A stretch of DNA of 63,959 bases, the filler included, from Octopus bimaculoides (Eukaryota), in the NCBI RefSeq assembly GCF_001194135.2. It is 6 parts of 5 records of this genome, joined end to end, with 100 filler letters (N's around TTAATTAATTAA, not from the genome) between each part and the next. Parts side by side here need not be neighbours in the genome. Positions count along the whole stretch, not along the records: positions 1 to 30,686 come from NC_068984.1; 5 more parts are not named here. One strand, given 5' to 3'. This document shows, one piece after another, positions 12,456 through 25,300 of the stretch. Under the pieces are notes generated by a model. That model made no database searches. It was not told the origin of the DNA and was given only the letters and a program-made list of their open reading frames with translations. How positions within the stretch are numbered: position 1 is the first letter of the stretch; every line of letters starts with the position of its first letter. A program made the position numbers and the translations under genes.

Positions 12456-13699
12456 TGCTGGCTAGGCTGGGTGGGGGAGCTTGTCTCCCCTTCACAAACT
12501 TAAGGACACAGTAATTGTGTCAAGGCCGACAGGAAGCGGTCCAGCTTCCTAGGGCTAAACAGCAGTAGTGTATTCCCTTATTGGGATTGTCACATTAAGT
12601 TGACAATATACTACAACTTTGTCGCTCCACTACTGCTTAAATCTCTCTGAGAGATTTAGAAATATTATATTTCTAATTATGTTTGTTGTTGTTTTGATTA
12701 CTTATTTAAAGTTTAATTCCTTCGCACTTAAGGCTTATAGTCAAATTTAAACCTTCCTATTTACCTTTCTTATCTCAAGCCTTCACTTCTAATCCCCACA
12801 CCTTCACCCTTCACCTACTCACACTCTCTCATTTTACCTTCCTTACTCCTATCCCCAATCACTTTATTTTTCTTTGGTATATCTTTGTTCCTCTCTTTTC
12901 ACCTATATAGGCCACAGAATTACCCAAAACTAGTAATCATATCTAAGCATTATCTAAGCCTAATTAGATTACCTGTTAATAATGGAGAAAACCAAATACT
13001 ACCAATGTAAGTGTTCCTCATAAATTATGAATGCACAAACACTTTGCACTTTACAAGAACGTAGGACAACCCAGAATAACAAGATTAAGATATTAGAAAT
13101 TCACATTTGAGCATAACAAATGTGTTTTCTCATCATTCAGCTTATATATGCCAGTGCTGGTGGCACATAAAAAGCACCATTCAAGCATGGTCGACTCCAG
13201 TGCTGCCTGACTGGCCCCTGTGCTGGTGGCATGTAAAAAGCACCCACTACATTCTCTAGTCTCCACTTCAGCCTGTCTCGCTGTTTCCAATCCTTGAGGA
13301 TTTCCCTCTAAGCATTCCACATGCTTCGCCTTCATTTGGCTTTAAGGCTGTGTTCTGTTTGTTTTCCCATATATTTCGTTTTTGTCCCTTGTCTGTCCAC
13401 TAGGTGTCTCGTCTTGAATTACATTTATTTATTTCCATACATCCATTTCTGTATCACTTGTTATCTATGTATTGTTTGTTATCGGTCCCTATTCCCTGCA
13501 ACTTGCACAGGTGCATCCAGCTGGGAATCAATATTATTGTTAAAGGTACGAAATTGCATCAAACCCTCTGGTTGATAACCTATGAGGAATTGGGGACCTT
13601 CTGTGTATGTTTTCTGTTTGTCTGCACATTTAATATTTTTTTTAACTTGCTATTCTGTGTCTTTATTTTTTGTTTGTGCATTTACTATACATTTTTTAA

Positions 13700-13731
<32 letters not shown>

Positions 13732-16700
13732 NNNNNNNNNNNNNNNNNNNNNNNNNNNNNNNNNNNNNNNNNNNNNNNNNNNNNNNNNNNNNNNNNNNNN
13801 NNNNNNNNNNNNNNNNNNNNNNNNNNNNNNNNNNNNNNNNNNNNNNNNNNNNNNNNNNNNNNNNNNNNNNNNNNNNNNNNNNNNNNNNNNNNNNNNNNNN
13901 NNNNNNNNNNNNNNNNNNNNNNNNNNNNNNNNNNNNNNNNNNNNNNNNNNNNNNNNNNNNNNNNNNNNNNNNNNNNNNNNNNNNNNNNNNNNNNNNNNNN
14001 NNNNNNNNNNNNNNNNNNNNNNNNNNNNNNNNNNNNNNNNNNNNNNNNNNNNNNNNNNNNNNNNNNNNCCAAGGAAAAACTAAGCTAAGAGCATTAGATT
14101 CCTTGGAAGAAAGCAGCGAATGCATACAAAAACAAAGACAGAAAAAAACGAACAATGTTACACAAATACAATAAAAATAATAAAACAAGACATAACAACA
14201 GATATCTTTCGACTAAGGACGAATAAAATAAAGCTGGCGTATATGGAAATAAGGCCTTGTAGCCGGGGTACAAGCTTTCACAGGCACAGGGAGAAATAAC
14301 GATGTTGCACGCACAACGGCCGCCCCAAAAAAGAAAGGTCAGGCTTGGCCGAACACCGGTCACGTGGGAAGAGAAGAGAGAGAGGTAGAGGCAGAGGGAA
14401 AATCGTCCAAGAGCGGTAGGGGCACTGCCTGCCTCTTTGACCTTCATCAGTAATAAGTATCCACTGGCAGTCGCAGGCTAAAATAAAATCGGCTGTTACT
14501 GATACAGAAAATCAATGATCGAAAAAAATCACTGTCTTAATTAGCTGGCAGGCTGAATTATAATTTGCTATACGTGACAGTATTAGTTTAAAATAGGAAT
14601 CTGTGTATCATACTTAAAGTAGATGCATCATTGACAGCCTAATTCAGTATTCATCTTGATATAACATCTCTTGTTTGACGTATAGTGTTAAGAGACAGAG
14701 AAATATAACATTAATAAATGAAATCATCCAGTAGTGGTAATATTAGTATTAAATGCGTATTTCTGTGTCCTTGGACTTCATCAGTGGAGGTGACGTTTGG
14801 GCAATGAGGTGGCATTCCTAATTGCTCTCCTCCATCAGCTGGGCGATTTTCGTTTGCTATAAACATATTTCTGTGTTTTTCGCTTCAGTGTTTATGGCAC
14901 TATGTGAAGTGGGGTTGTTCTATTTTATGTTTTTGTGACGTCAGTTGTCAGGAATTTAGCATGTATGGTGGTGTTTATTTTGCATATGCTCTGTTTTTAT
15001 CTACAAGAACATTTATGTTAGATGGTTAAATAATAATTTAAGAAATTTATATAGATATGTAAGGTATTTGGGAAAGAACTGATACTGTCTTGAAATCTTA
15101 GCGTTTTTTTGTTTTTTTTTTTTGCCGGGTTAATAAAATCAGATTAATAAAAGTGTCTATGCTCTTTTATTTGGGCAGGTATCACTTTAGCATTTCAAGT
15201 CTGTACTCATGTACAGATTCCATTGAATGTAATTATCTCTGCATAACATTTTCCAAAGCATTCTCTTGATTACGCTTTCCTTTTCTTTTCTTCACATAAG
15301 GTATATGGTATCGAGCAATGCTTCCAAAAGTGTGCTTTCGAAACATCCAGGAGGGCATTGAGAAAAATTGGGGTGGTAAGTAGCAATGCTCTTCCCCTCT
15401 ATTTTTCAGTGGTATACTCAAGTTTAGAAAATAGTGCTTAAATATCGACCTAAGAAGGGAACAAAAATAAATAAAATATAAAACCCTAAAAGTTTTATAA
15501 ATGAAGCTGGTCATAAATTTCTCACGAGAATTCCCTAGAAAGATGAGAACATATGACACTGAACAAAAACGTTGGTTTCAGATGCCAGTTAACCACAACG
15601 TTCTTATGTGGTACCCGAGCTAGCAATAAGTTGTTAGGCTCTGGTAACTTTTCTCACTGGGTATATCCAAGTGTCTTGTTCAGGACTGCATATTTTCCGT
15701 GGGGTAAGTAATAATATTAATAATGATAAAGAGAACGAATGTTTTTTCCATCCATAATTTTACAGTTATTTACAGCATCTTTACGGGACTTACACGCGTT
15801 TCAACTGCAGCGACTGCACACAGTTGGATATGCAGCCTAGCATCATGGTCGGTACAGTTTCAACAGGGTCTTTACCCTCTGCCATTTTGAAGTAAAACGT
15901 TGCAACTCAAACACATGTAGGTCTTGTAAAAATGCTGTAAATAACTTAAATAAAATCATGGATCTGGAAAATCTCCATTCTCCATATCAGCGTTAATAGT
16001 ACACACACTCACACATACACACACACAACAATTTATTGGGTTAATTAGGTTAAGTTTTATTTGTGAAATACAGCCGTTTTGGATTTGCAATAAAAAGAAA
16101 TCTGTTTGTGGTGGTGAGTGGGGAAGGCGATAGTAGTGTGACGTGCGTACCAAAAGGGTGGCAGTCCGAAAACGTTTGCAAATCTCTGGTACAGAGCTTC
16201 CTCATTGGTATTTGAATATTCTTCAAGGAATAAAGGATGGATTAAAGATCTAAATGCCTTCTAACAACAAAGATAATTTCCAATAAGCAGTACATCATTC
16301 TAGCCGTTACGAAACTGCAGATTATGTCTAGCTGAGAAATACCACATTTGGAAGCATTCACTGAAATTTCTCTCCTCCAGCGGCTCGAAATATTGTTTGT
16401 CTTCACCAGAGGAGCTTTTTCTAGACAATTTCCAAATGTGTGATTGCCTTAAGCCAAATGACACAAATTTATACATTTCATCTGCCGTAGTATACTTGGA
16501 GTAGACTCCCTTCCGTTGGTGACCATAAACTTGAACTGGATAACCTCCCTTACATCCTTATAGTCTGGTCATTTTTGACCTTCAACATTTCCGATTTTAA
16601 GAATGGGTTAAACTTGTGGTCTGCGGAAATATTACCAACCTTATCATTCACAAAACATTGGTAGATATAGATAAAATATTCATATGTAAAGAGTGAATCA

Positions 16701-16835
16701 CCGAGTACTAACCTATAAACATAAATTCTTCTTCGTGTTGAGTAGTTTTCCTTAGTTTGCGCATACAATGACCCCTTCACAAGTACAGTTTGGAATCAGC
16801 TACATGGCAATGCATTTCACTTTATTTTTATATCC

Positions 16836-16921
<86 letters not shown>

Positions 16922-18025
16922 TTATTAATATTTCTAAGTCTCTCTAAAGGAGACTACGGCAGCGGTACTGGAAATTAATAGTTATCGCCAAGCCAACATG
17001 GCAGTCCCAAAATTAGGACGAAAGCTGCCGTNNNNNNNNNNNNNNNNNNNNNNNNNNNNNNNNNNNNNNNNNNNNNNNNNNNNNNNNNNNNNNNNNNNNN
17101 NNNNNNNNNNNNNNNNNNNNNNNNNNNNNNNNNNNNNNNNNNNNNNNNNNNNNNNNNNNNNNNNNNNNNNNNNNNNNNNNNNNNNNNNNNNNNNNNNNNN
17201 NNNNNNNNNNNNNNNNNNNNNNNNNNNNNNNNNNNNNNNNNNNNNNNNNNNNNNNNNNNNNNNNNNNNNNNNNNNNNNNNNNNNNNNNNNNNNNNNNNNN
17301 NNNNNNNNNNNNNNNNNNNNNNNNNNNNNNNNNNNNNNATATAAGTTGACATACATCGACATTTAGTTGATCCCGTTTTGATAGGAAGGTGGTTACCTTT
17401 TTTACGTACATGCACAACAGATACTCTCAAGCAACAGAGAAAAAAAAAATGAGTTTTTGTGTTTTTTAATGAATCTCTAAGTTTCTGCTTCACTGAAGTA
17501 AATTCCTATAAAGAAGAGTTATATTAAATGTCTCTCGGGTACGAGGTGTAAGCGATCTCCCTCTCTTTAATCTCCCTCTCTTTAATCTCCCTCTCTTTTT
17601 TTTTCTTCATCTAAAACATGATTGGTGGTTGACAAAACGATTGTGAATGAATACATGAATTAGTATATAAATATAAAGAAAACACTTTTATAAAAATAGC
17701 ATATTGTTATCGAAACTAAGCATAAATAGAAATTTAGTAATTCACATCACGTGTCAATTGTATGCTCAACAATTCTAACCGCTAAATAACCTATAGGCCG
17801 GCGAACAAGATTTAACAACGATGCTTTTGAAAGTAAACTTTCAATTGGAAAGATTATGACTTTTTTTTGACAAGCGGAGTGCAAAAGGGGGAGGTTAAGA
17901 TAAGATAAACGTGAGTGGTAGTTGAAGGCAATTAAATGAAAAATATAAAGAAACGCATATGTGTTAGCCCAATCCCCCAAATCTAGGTCGTTTTTGCTCC
18001 GATAGACGAAGTTTTGTTAGAAATC

Positions 18026-18194
18026 ATGGCAGCAGCAGCTAAATTCGTGGTAGTCAGCACCGAAGAATTGTTTTCGTTTGTTGTGCGATGTATTGAGAAA
18101 GTTGGAGGTAAATCTTCACATGCTGAAGCATTAGCAGAATTATTAGTTGCCGCAGACAAACGTGGACATTTTAGTCATGGGCTGAATAGACTTG
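18026..18194 (+). CDS. Ldh_2/YjmC-like (LDH2/MDH2 family) oxidoreductase, coding exon 1
   Basis: ATG at 18026. Translation MAAAAKFVVVSTEELFSFVVRCIEKVGGKSSHAEALAELLVAADKRGHFSHGLNRL contains the family motif AD-x-RG-x-x-SHG-x-x-RL. The exon ends in phase 1 at donor G|GTGAGT (18195). Confidence 0.9.
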
Positions 18195-18885
18195 GTGAGT
18201 TTATTTCTTGATGTTTTCTTTTCTTCTTTTATAATTTCATTTCTAGTCCATACACTATTATTGTTAAACGAATCACACCAATCGGTAATTGTTACGATCG
18301 AGCGGCATTCCTATACAATAGAGTCGGAAATTACCTAGTGCGTAAAATACTGCAGTTTTTTTTCAGATTTATGTTATAGACATATGAAACTATGATTCTT
18401 TAAAAATATACATAGCATAAATCTGCTGAAAATCTGCAAAAGGATGGAGCAGTCCACGCTTTACCGTTTTTTCATGGTAGATTTGTAGTGTACAAATATG
18501 AAATTACTATTTTTAGTGCACGCGATCATTGTTGACTTTATTCTGTTGAAACGAAGTCGCTTCTACGGTGTTGTTCTAATCACGCACAACTTACACCCTA
18601 CCGTCGTAAATATGCATAGGACAGATTACACAATGCAGTTCTAGATATTCTTCAATAAACGAGATAGTCACTACTGGAATATCTATAGCAGTAGGACTGC
18701 TCGCTGTCATATTGTTGAATGCATTTGCTTCAGGTTATTATATTATACACTCACAAACTTGGTACTGATTAAGAATTCTGTACGAATAGCTACCGTAAAA
18801 GTGCACGTATAATATATACTGAAAGCTCGATTACTACTACTAGTACTACTACTACTACTAAATTTAAGACTAGTCGATCACTACT

Positions 18886-18998
18886 ACTAAATTTATCGAC
18901 TCCGAAGGGATGAAAGCAAAGTCGACCTCGGCGGAATTTGAACTCAGAATGTAACGACAGGTGAAGTACGACATGCTAGCGATTCTGCCTGCTCGCCG
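18886..18998 (-). mobile_element. SINE family B, partial
   Basis: Core GATGAAAGCAAAGTCGACCTCGGCGGAATTTGAACTCAGAA. Confidence 0.78.
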
Positions 18999-19582
18999 CC
19001 CTACAAAGTGAACGTATAATATAATACCATATAATATGCGCCTCGATTTTATAGCCTAATTGTCTGAGTGGGTGGGAAAAATAACTTATGTTATACCATG
19101 TATTATGTCACACTTAATTTTAATCTTGATAGTGGCGAAAGAAGGACGTGTTATTCGTGGGAGTTTTACGGTATATCGTACATAACATGCAACCTAGGGA
19201 ATTTTGTGGAAAGGGAAACGAGTGAGTGAATGGATAATTTAAATCCATTGCAAGGACAGCGACGTGTACACCAAGGGAAATTACTCTACAGCTCTCTCTC
19301 TCTGTCTCCAGGATATGTGTTTGTTGCGTAAAGTTGTTCAGAGTTACCTAACTTGAAAAGTATTTCAAACAACGGGTCACAGACGGAGCATCTGTGTAGC
19401 CGTATTATTTACAAGACCCCCTCCCCCTCCAACTTCTTAACCTTCAAATTAAAGCCAACTGTAACAAAACTCGGTTAACGGATTCGCTAAAAGCGGGATT
19501 GTCATCGCTAAACAGTCCGGAACTCAACAACGTTAAACAGATGTCACATTATATTTTTAATTGCGACATTCAGTGACTCCAA

Positions 19583-19910
19583 ATCGACCCCAGGACTTAT
19601 TCTCTGTAAGCCTAGTACTTATTATATCGGTTCGTTTTGCCGAACCGCTAAGTTACGGGGACGTAAACACACCACCATCGGTTGTCAAGCGATGTTGGGG
19701 TGGGGGGGTCAAACACAGACACACACACACACACATATATACATATATACGATAGGCTTCTTTCAGTTTCCGTCTTCGAAATCTACTCACAATACTTTGG
19801 TCAGCCCGAGGCTATAGCAGAAGGCACTTGCCCAAGGTGCCACGCAGTGGGACTGAACCCAGAACCATGTGGTTGGGAGACAAGCTACTTACCACACAGC
19901 CACGCCTGTT
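19583..19910 (-). mobile_element. SINE family A, in Ldh_2 intron 1
   Basis: Reverse complement of the family A consensus seen elsewhere in the window. Confidence 0.85.
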
Positions 19911-20022
19911 TTTAAAATAACAAAGGCCAGGGATGAAGACACTTATCCATGTTTCCCACCAAATTTTTTTAAAACGTGAATATTAAAAGCTATATATTTT
20001 TTAACACACGCACGAAGTTTGT

Positions 20023-20254
20023 GGGTTAATCTCTAGTTTAAAACCCAATCACAAAAATGAAAAAAAAAAAATAGTGTAATAGGTGTTAAATAATAGGTAA
20101 ATTTTTACCAAATAATGTGTAATAAACGAATAGGAAAAAAAAAATTGCACGCTGAAGAACGTGCATTTCTTTTTTTTAATATTCGTTAACTACATATTAT
20201 TTAACACCTATTACACTATTTTTTATTTCATTTTTGTAACCTAAAGATTAACCA
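20023..20254. repeat. AT-rich fold-back (long imperfect inverted repeat)
   Basis: ACAAAAATGAAAAA..AATAGTGTAATAGGTGTTAAATAAT pairs with ATTATTTAACACCTATTACACTATT..TTTCATTTTTGT. The inner hairpin is TGCACG-8nt-CGTGCA. Confidence 0.85.
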
Positions 20255-21042
20255 GTTTTCATTTGGACTGTAAAGAGTGCAATACGAAATCACTCTAGTT
20301 CATTATATTTTTCTTTGAATCCTTTCATAAAGACCAAGTCTAGTTTTGTCATAATCACTGAATAAGTTTAGAAAACTAATCAGTTACCACCTTCGTGGAT
20401 CAAAAAGAATTGTTTACTGTAGCTGGAATATTCAGTAATCGCCGATATCACAGGTCACTAGAATATTGCCCACATAATTAACAAAACCTGACCAATCATG
20501 ATTTTGTGTCGAATAGGCTCCTACAATGATTTTTTTTTTCTTTTGGCGCGCTTTCTTCTGAGCCTATTGTCTAGTATAAATTCAGTACATTGTGACTACT
20601 AGACTAAGAGCTTTGGGCTGTGACAGAGAGAGCATTAACAGACACACACACACACACACACATTGACACATCCACAGAAATAGCTGACAGCACTAAGGCA
20701 GTGAACAGTCAGATGATGAACAACACTAGAAATCAGCAGTGAGCAATCACTAACCACACTTTATCTGCTGCTACAACTACACCAAACACAAAAAGTCCCT
20801 TGATGTTTTGTCATTCATAGTAACAACAACTATTATTTCTTGTGTACACAATAACTTGTTGTTTATCAAAATCACAACAGACTCCAGTGTTCCTTTCCAT
20901 TACATTGCTTTAAAGTCCATCATTTCAAAAACGTTGGAGAGAGTTGAAAATAAGAGAGAAAAGAAACATTTCACAGAATCAGAAGAGATTGTCACAGTTG
21001 TGTTATTTGCAGGGTAAGTTTCTCATCCATGGGAAATGTGAG

Positions 21043-21305
21043 ACGGTGTGGTGAACAAACTGTCGTCTAAATTATGCAAAAAAGAAAGCAACTGACATCT
21101 CATTTTAACAGATCTATTTACCAGCATTACACAAAAAAAAAATATCTTGAAATATTAGAGTAAATTTATTCAATAAAATCACCATTCGCTTCAACCACAG
21201 CCTACAGACAACTTCGGAATCTTCTGCAGCTCTTCTGGATGGTCTCCATGTTTAAGTTGGTGAATACTGCCATAATCCTTGCCTTCAGTTCATCTTTGAT
21301 CTTTA
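21043..21305 (-). mobile_element. 3' fragment of the same Tc1/mariner family as 24453-25300
   Basis: Clear similarity to 24453-24715 (terminal GGTGTGGTGAA..AAACTGTC and coding tail KDELKARIMAVFTNLN...CRRFR). Confidence 0.8.
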
Positions 21306-21384
21306 CTTGAGTACAAATATGATATGGAGTTAACTCATGATACATGCTTAGGACTGGCTCACTGGCACAGTACATTTCATATAT

Positions 21385-21690
21385 CATCATCATCATCATT
21401 TAGCACCCATTTTCCATGCTGGTGTGGGTTGGATGATTTGAACAAAGCTGGTAAGCTGGAGGGCTGCACTAAGTTGTCTATTTTGGCATAATTTCTATGG
21501 CTAGATGCACTTACGAACCCAACCACTCCACAGAGTGTACTTGGTGCTTTTTATATGGTGCCCTTTTCTTGTGGTGCCAGCAAAAGTGCCCTTTTATGTG
21601 GTGCTGACATGTGTGCTATTTTACAAGGTACCAGCATTGGTGCTTTTTAAGTTGCACCAACACGGGTCCTTTTTACATGGCACCAGCACA
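21385..21690 (-). mobile_element. SINE-like family D, diverged
   Basis: (CAT)n then the diverged family D body. Confidence 0.65.
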
Positions 21691-21711
21691 TAGATTTATG
21701 TGTGTATAAGC

Positions 21712-22110
21712 TCAGGGATGGCTTAGTGGTAAGAAGTTTCCTTCTCAACCATATGGTTCTAGTTTCAGTCCCATGCATGACATCTTGAGCAGATGTCATC
21801 TACTATAGACCTGGGCTGACCGAAGCCTTGTGAATGGACTTGGTAGATGACAACTGAAAGAAGCCAGTGGTATGTATAAATATATATTTTTATATATATA
21901 TTTGTGTTTGTGTTTGTCTCCCATTACTGTTTGACAACTGGTGTTTGTTTACTTTCCAGTAACTTAGCAGTTCTTCTAGAAAGACTGATAAAATAAGTGC
22001 CAATCTTAAAATGGAGAGCAAGAAAAAAGAGTACTGGGGTTGATTTGTTCAATTAACCCTTTCAAAGCAGTACCTTGATGTGACTGCAATCCAGTGATTA
22101 AAACTAGTAA
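21712..22110 (+). mobile_element. SINE family A, old diverged copy
   Basis: Same layout with many substitutions. Confidence 0.72.
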
Positions 22111-22143
22111 AAGATAAAAATGTATACATATATATATAATATA

Positions 22144-22364
22144 CATGAGGGAGTACTGAAAAGTTCCTGGCTTTAAGAGTATTGTGAAAGGCCTGGGTGA
22201 AGGCCCAACTTTCTGAGTTCTATTACAGAACTTAGAAAAACTGAAGCATGACTGCAATAAGTGTGAATCTGAGAAGGGTATACATTGAATAAAATCATAA
22301 TTAACTGATCCTCATGTATTTTCTTTTACCCAAAGCCAGGAATTTTTCAGCATGCCCCCTCATA
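22144..22364. mobile_element. Mariner-derived MITE
   Basis: Inverted ends GAGGGAGTACTGAAAAGTTCCTGGCTTT / AAAGCCAGGAATTTTTCAGCATGCCCCCTC in TA context. Confidence 0.75.
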
Positions 22365-22917
22365 TATAATATGTATGTATATGTATATACAAAACTAGAG
22401 CACAGGTCGCATAACAGCCTCAGTCATGAATATTCAATGTAATTTGTGTATTGTATGATCACTGTATGGTGAATATTCTAGTTTTGTAAAAAAATGTGAT
22501 TCAAAACAATAAAAAAACTTTGTGATGTTAGATTTAGTTGCTAGACTGGTTAGGGTGAGCTGCTAGATTAAGACTTTTCTAAATGTATGTTGGGAACAGC
22601 CATAAACACTCGCTCATGGTTGCAATATTACCAGGTTCCATAATTTAGTTAGACTTCAGCAACAAAAGACATTCTCAGTTACATAATGCTTGTGTATCCA
22701 GCAACATAAAGAAGGTGTAAAGTAAAAAAAAAAGCAACCAGATTGGTAGCTGTTGATAGGTCAAATAACAATGGGAATTGTAAAAAAAAACCACTCCATG
22801 AACAATGAGAGTAATAAATGTTGGCAACTAAAATTCAATTAAAAAAAAATGTTTGAGAAATATATTTGTTTAAAAACTTTATCTTTTTAATACTTTCCTG
22901 CCAGTAGTAAAGTGGTT

Positions 22918-23140
22918 TAAGGTGGCGAGCTGGCAGAAACGTTAGCATGCCAGGCGAAATGCTTAGCGGTATTTCGTCTGCCGTTACGTTCTGAGTTCAA
23001 ATTCCGCCGTGGTCGACTTTGCCTTTCATCTTTTCGGGGTCGATTAAATAGGTACCAGTTACGCACTGGGGTCGATGTAATCGACTTAATCCGTTTGTCT
23101 GTCCTTGCTTGTCCCCTTGTGGGCAGTAAAGTAATAAGTA
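22918..23140 (+). mobile_element. SINE family B
   Basis: Full-length match. Confidence 0.85.
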
Positions 23141-23566
23141 AAGTGTTCATATTTATATTAAAAAAGATGAAAATCTCATGCTAACATAAGTGATACATTG
23201 AGACATCAGTTAATCAACACGAGCATAGTTGTCTTTACCGTTGTTGTCATTATTGTTGTTGTCATCATCATAATCATCATCATCAACACCGTCATCATGT
23301 CCACTTTCCTATGCTCACACACTTTCAGGGAAATTTGCCAAGGTGGATATTCTATAGCCAGACACCCTTCCTGTAATCAACCCTCACCTGTTTCAAGTAA
23401 AGTAATATTCTCCAATGACCAAACATGTTTTCACCTAAGATTAGAAACGAAGGACTATTTGCATGACAGTGACACTCATTTACAATGATCACATGATGTG
23501 TATCAAGGCAAAGAGTGTAACTAGCACACACACATACACACACACACCACCTGTTCTGGCATTGTG

Positions 23567-23606
<40 letters not shown>

Positions 23607-23683
23607 TAAAATACAGGGTAGCAAAAAAAATTTTTTAGAAATTTTATTTACCACCAGTGGTCTAGCGAGGGTAAAAAACAGTC

Positions 23684-23714
<31 letters not shown>

Positions 23715-24260
23715 CATGNNNNNNNNNNNNNNNNNNNNNNNNNNNNNNNNNNNNNNNNNNNNNNNNNNNNNNNNNNNNNNNNNNNNNNNNNNNNNNNNNN
23801 NNNNNNNNNNNNNNNNNNNNNNNNNNNNNNNNNNNNNNNNNNNNNNNNNNNNNNNNNNNNNNNNNNNNNNNNNNNNNNNNNNNNNNNNNNNNNNNNNNNN
23901 NNNNNNNNNNNNNNNNNNNNNNNNNNNNNNNNNNNNNNNNNNNNNNNNNNNNNNNNNNNNNNNNNNNNNNNNNNNNNNNNNNNNNNNNNNNNNNNNNNNN
24001 NNNNNNNNNNNNNNNNNNNNNNNNNNNNNNNNNNNNNNNNNNNNNNNNNNNNNNNNNNNNNNNNNNNNNNNNNNNNNNNNNNNNNNNNNNNNNNNNNNNN
24101 NNNNNNNNNNNNNNNNNNNNNNNNNNNNNNNNNNNNNNNNNNNNNNNNNNNNNNNNNNNNNNNNNNNNNNNNNNNNNNNNNNNNNNNNNNNNNNNNNNNN
24201 NNNNNNNNNNNNNNNNNNNNNNNNNNNNNNNNNNNNNNNNNNNNNNNNNNNNNNNNNNNN

Positions 24261-24392
24261 GGTTGGCGTTAGGAAGGGCATCCAGCTGTAGAAACTCTGC
24301 CAAATCAGATTGGAGCCTGGTGTAGTCGTCCGGTTCACCAGTCCTCAGTCAAATCGTCCAACCCATGCTAGCATGGAAAGCGGACATTAAAC

Positions 24393-24420
<28 letters not shown>
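24261..24420 (+). mobile_element. SINE-like family D, 3' part
   Basis: Family D tail plus (GAT)n. Confidence 0.8.
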
Positions 24421-24452
<32 letters not shown>

Positions 24453-24455
<3 letters not shown>

Positions 24456-25300
24456 GGTGTGGTGAATAAACTGTCATCTAAATTATGCAAAGAAGCAAAT
24501 AACACTGACATCTCATTTTAACAGATATATTTACCAAAATTACATAAAAATATCTTGAAGTACTAAAAAGTAAATTTATTCAATAAAATCGCCATTGGCT
24601 TCAAACCACAGTCTCCAAACAACTTTGGAATCTCCTGCAACTCTTCTCGATAGTCTCTTTGTTTAAGTTGGTGAATGCTGCCATAATCTTTGCCTTTAGT
24701 TCATCTTCAGTGTTACAAAGAGTTTGTTGGTCTCTCGCTCAACTATGTCCCACATATAATAATCAAGGGGGTTGCAGTTTGGGGAGTTAGGTGGCCAGAA
24801 GTTAGGTGTGGAGTGGTCACAGATTTTGTCTGACAGCCATGACTGGGTTCTCCCGCTTCTGTGGCATGGTGGCAGAATCCATTTGCCAGACATAGAGCCT
24901 TCCAGCAGCCACCCTCTTGAGCCAGGGCAGCACTACCTCTTTCAGGCACCTAAAGTAGGCCTCCATGTTGAGTGTGAGGGCATATGGGAAGATGAATGGA
25001 GGCATAACATTGCCATCACTAGTGATCACTCTAAACACAATCATGTTGACTGGATGTTTGACTTTTGTCACTCTTGGTACATGTCCTCAGAGTGACACAC
25101 AAATACTCTGAAATGTTCATAATGGAGCTTCTAGCATGAATGCCAAGCAGTACAGCATGTTGTTTCCAAATTTCTGTCATAGTGAATTGCATCATGGAGC
25201 TGTTTTTCTCACAGACAGTGCCCAACTGACACTACTATACTGTATAGTCAACAAAATTGAAAACAAATTATGTGCATGCACAAAATAAAAAATATAAAAT
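24453..25300 (-). mobile_element. Degenerate Tc1/mariner-superfamily transposon (maT/DD37D-like by inference)
   Basis: Terminus TA-CAGGGTGTGGTGAATAAACTGTC. Fragments VITSDGNVMPPFIFP...EVVLPWLKRVAAGRLYVWQMDSA and FWPPNSPNCNPLDYYMW. Confidence 0.82.

Noticed and set aside
14440-14845. Additional hammerhead-like starts on the minus strand (CTGATGAAGTCCAAGGAC at 14784-14767; CTGATGAAGGTC near 14450)
   Set aside because: In the first, three extra bases precede GAAA and no stem I partner exists. The second has no closing stem II or GAAA.
16200-16800. Coding-looking minus-strand stretch upstream of Ldh_2 (about 85 open codons, GCKGGYPVQVYG...)
   Set aside because: No recognisable motif, stops in every frame across the region, and no consistent splice pair. 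It may be an old element, but I cannot support a call.
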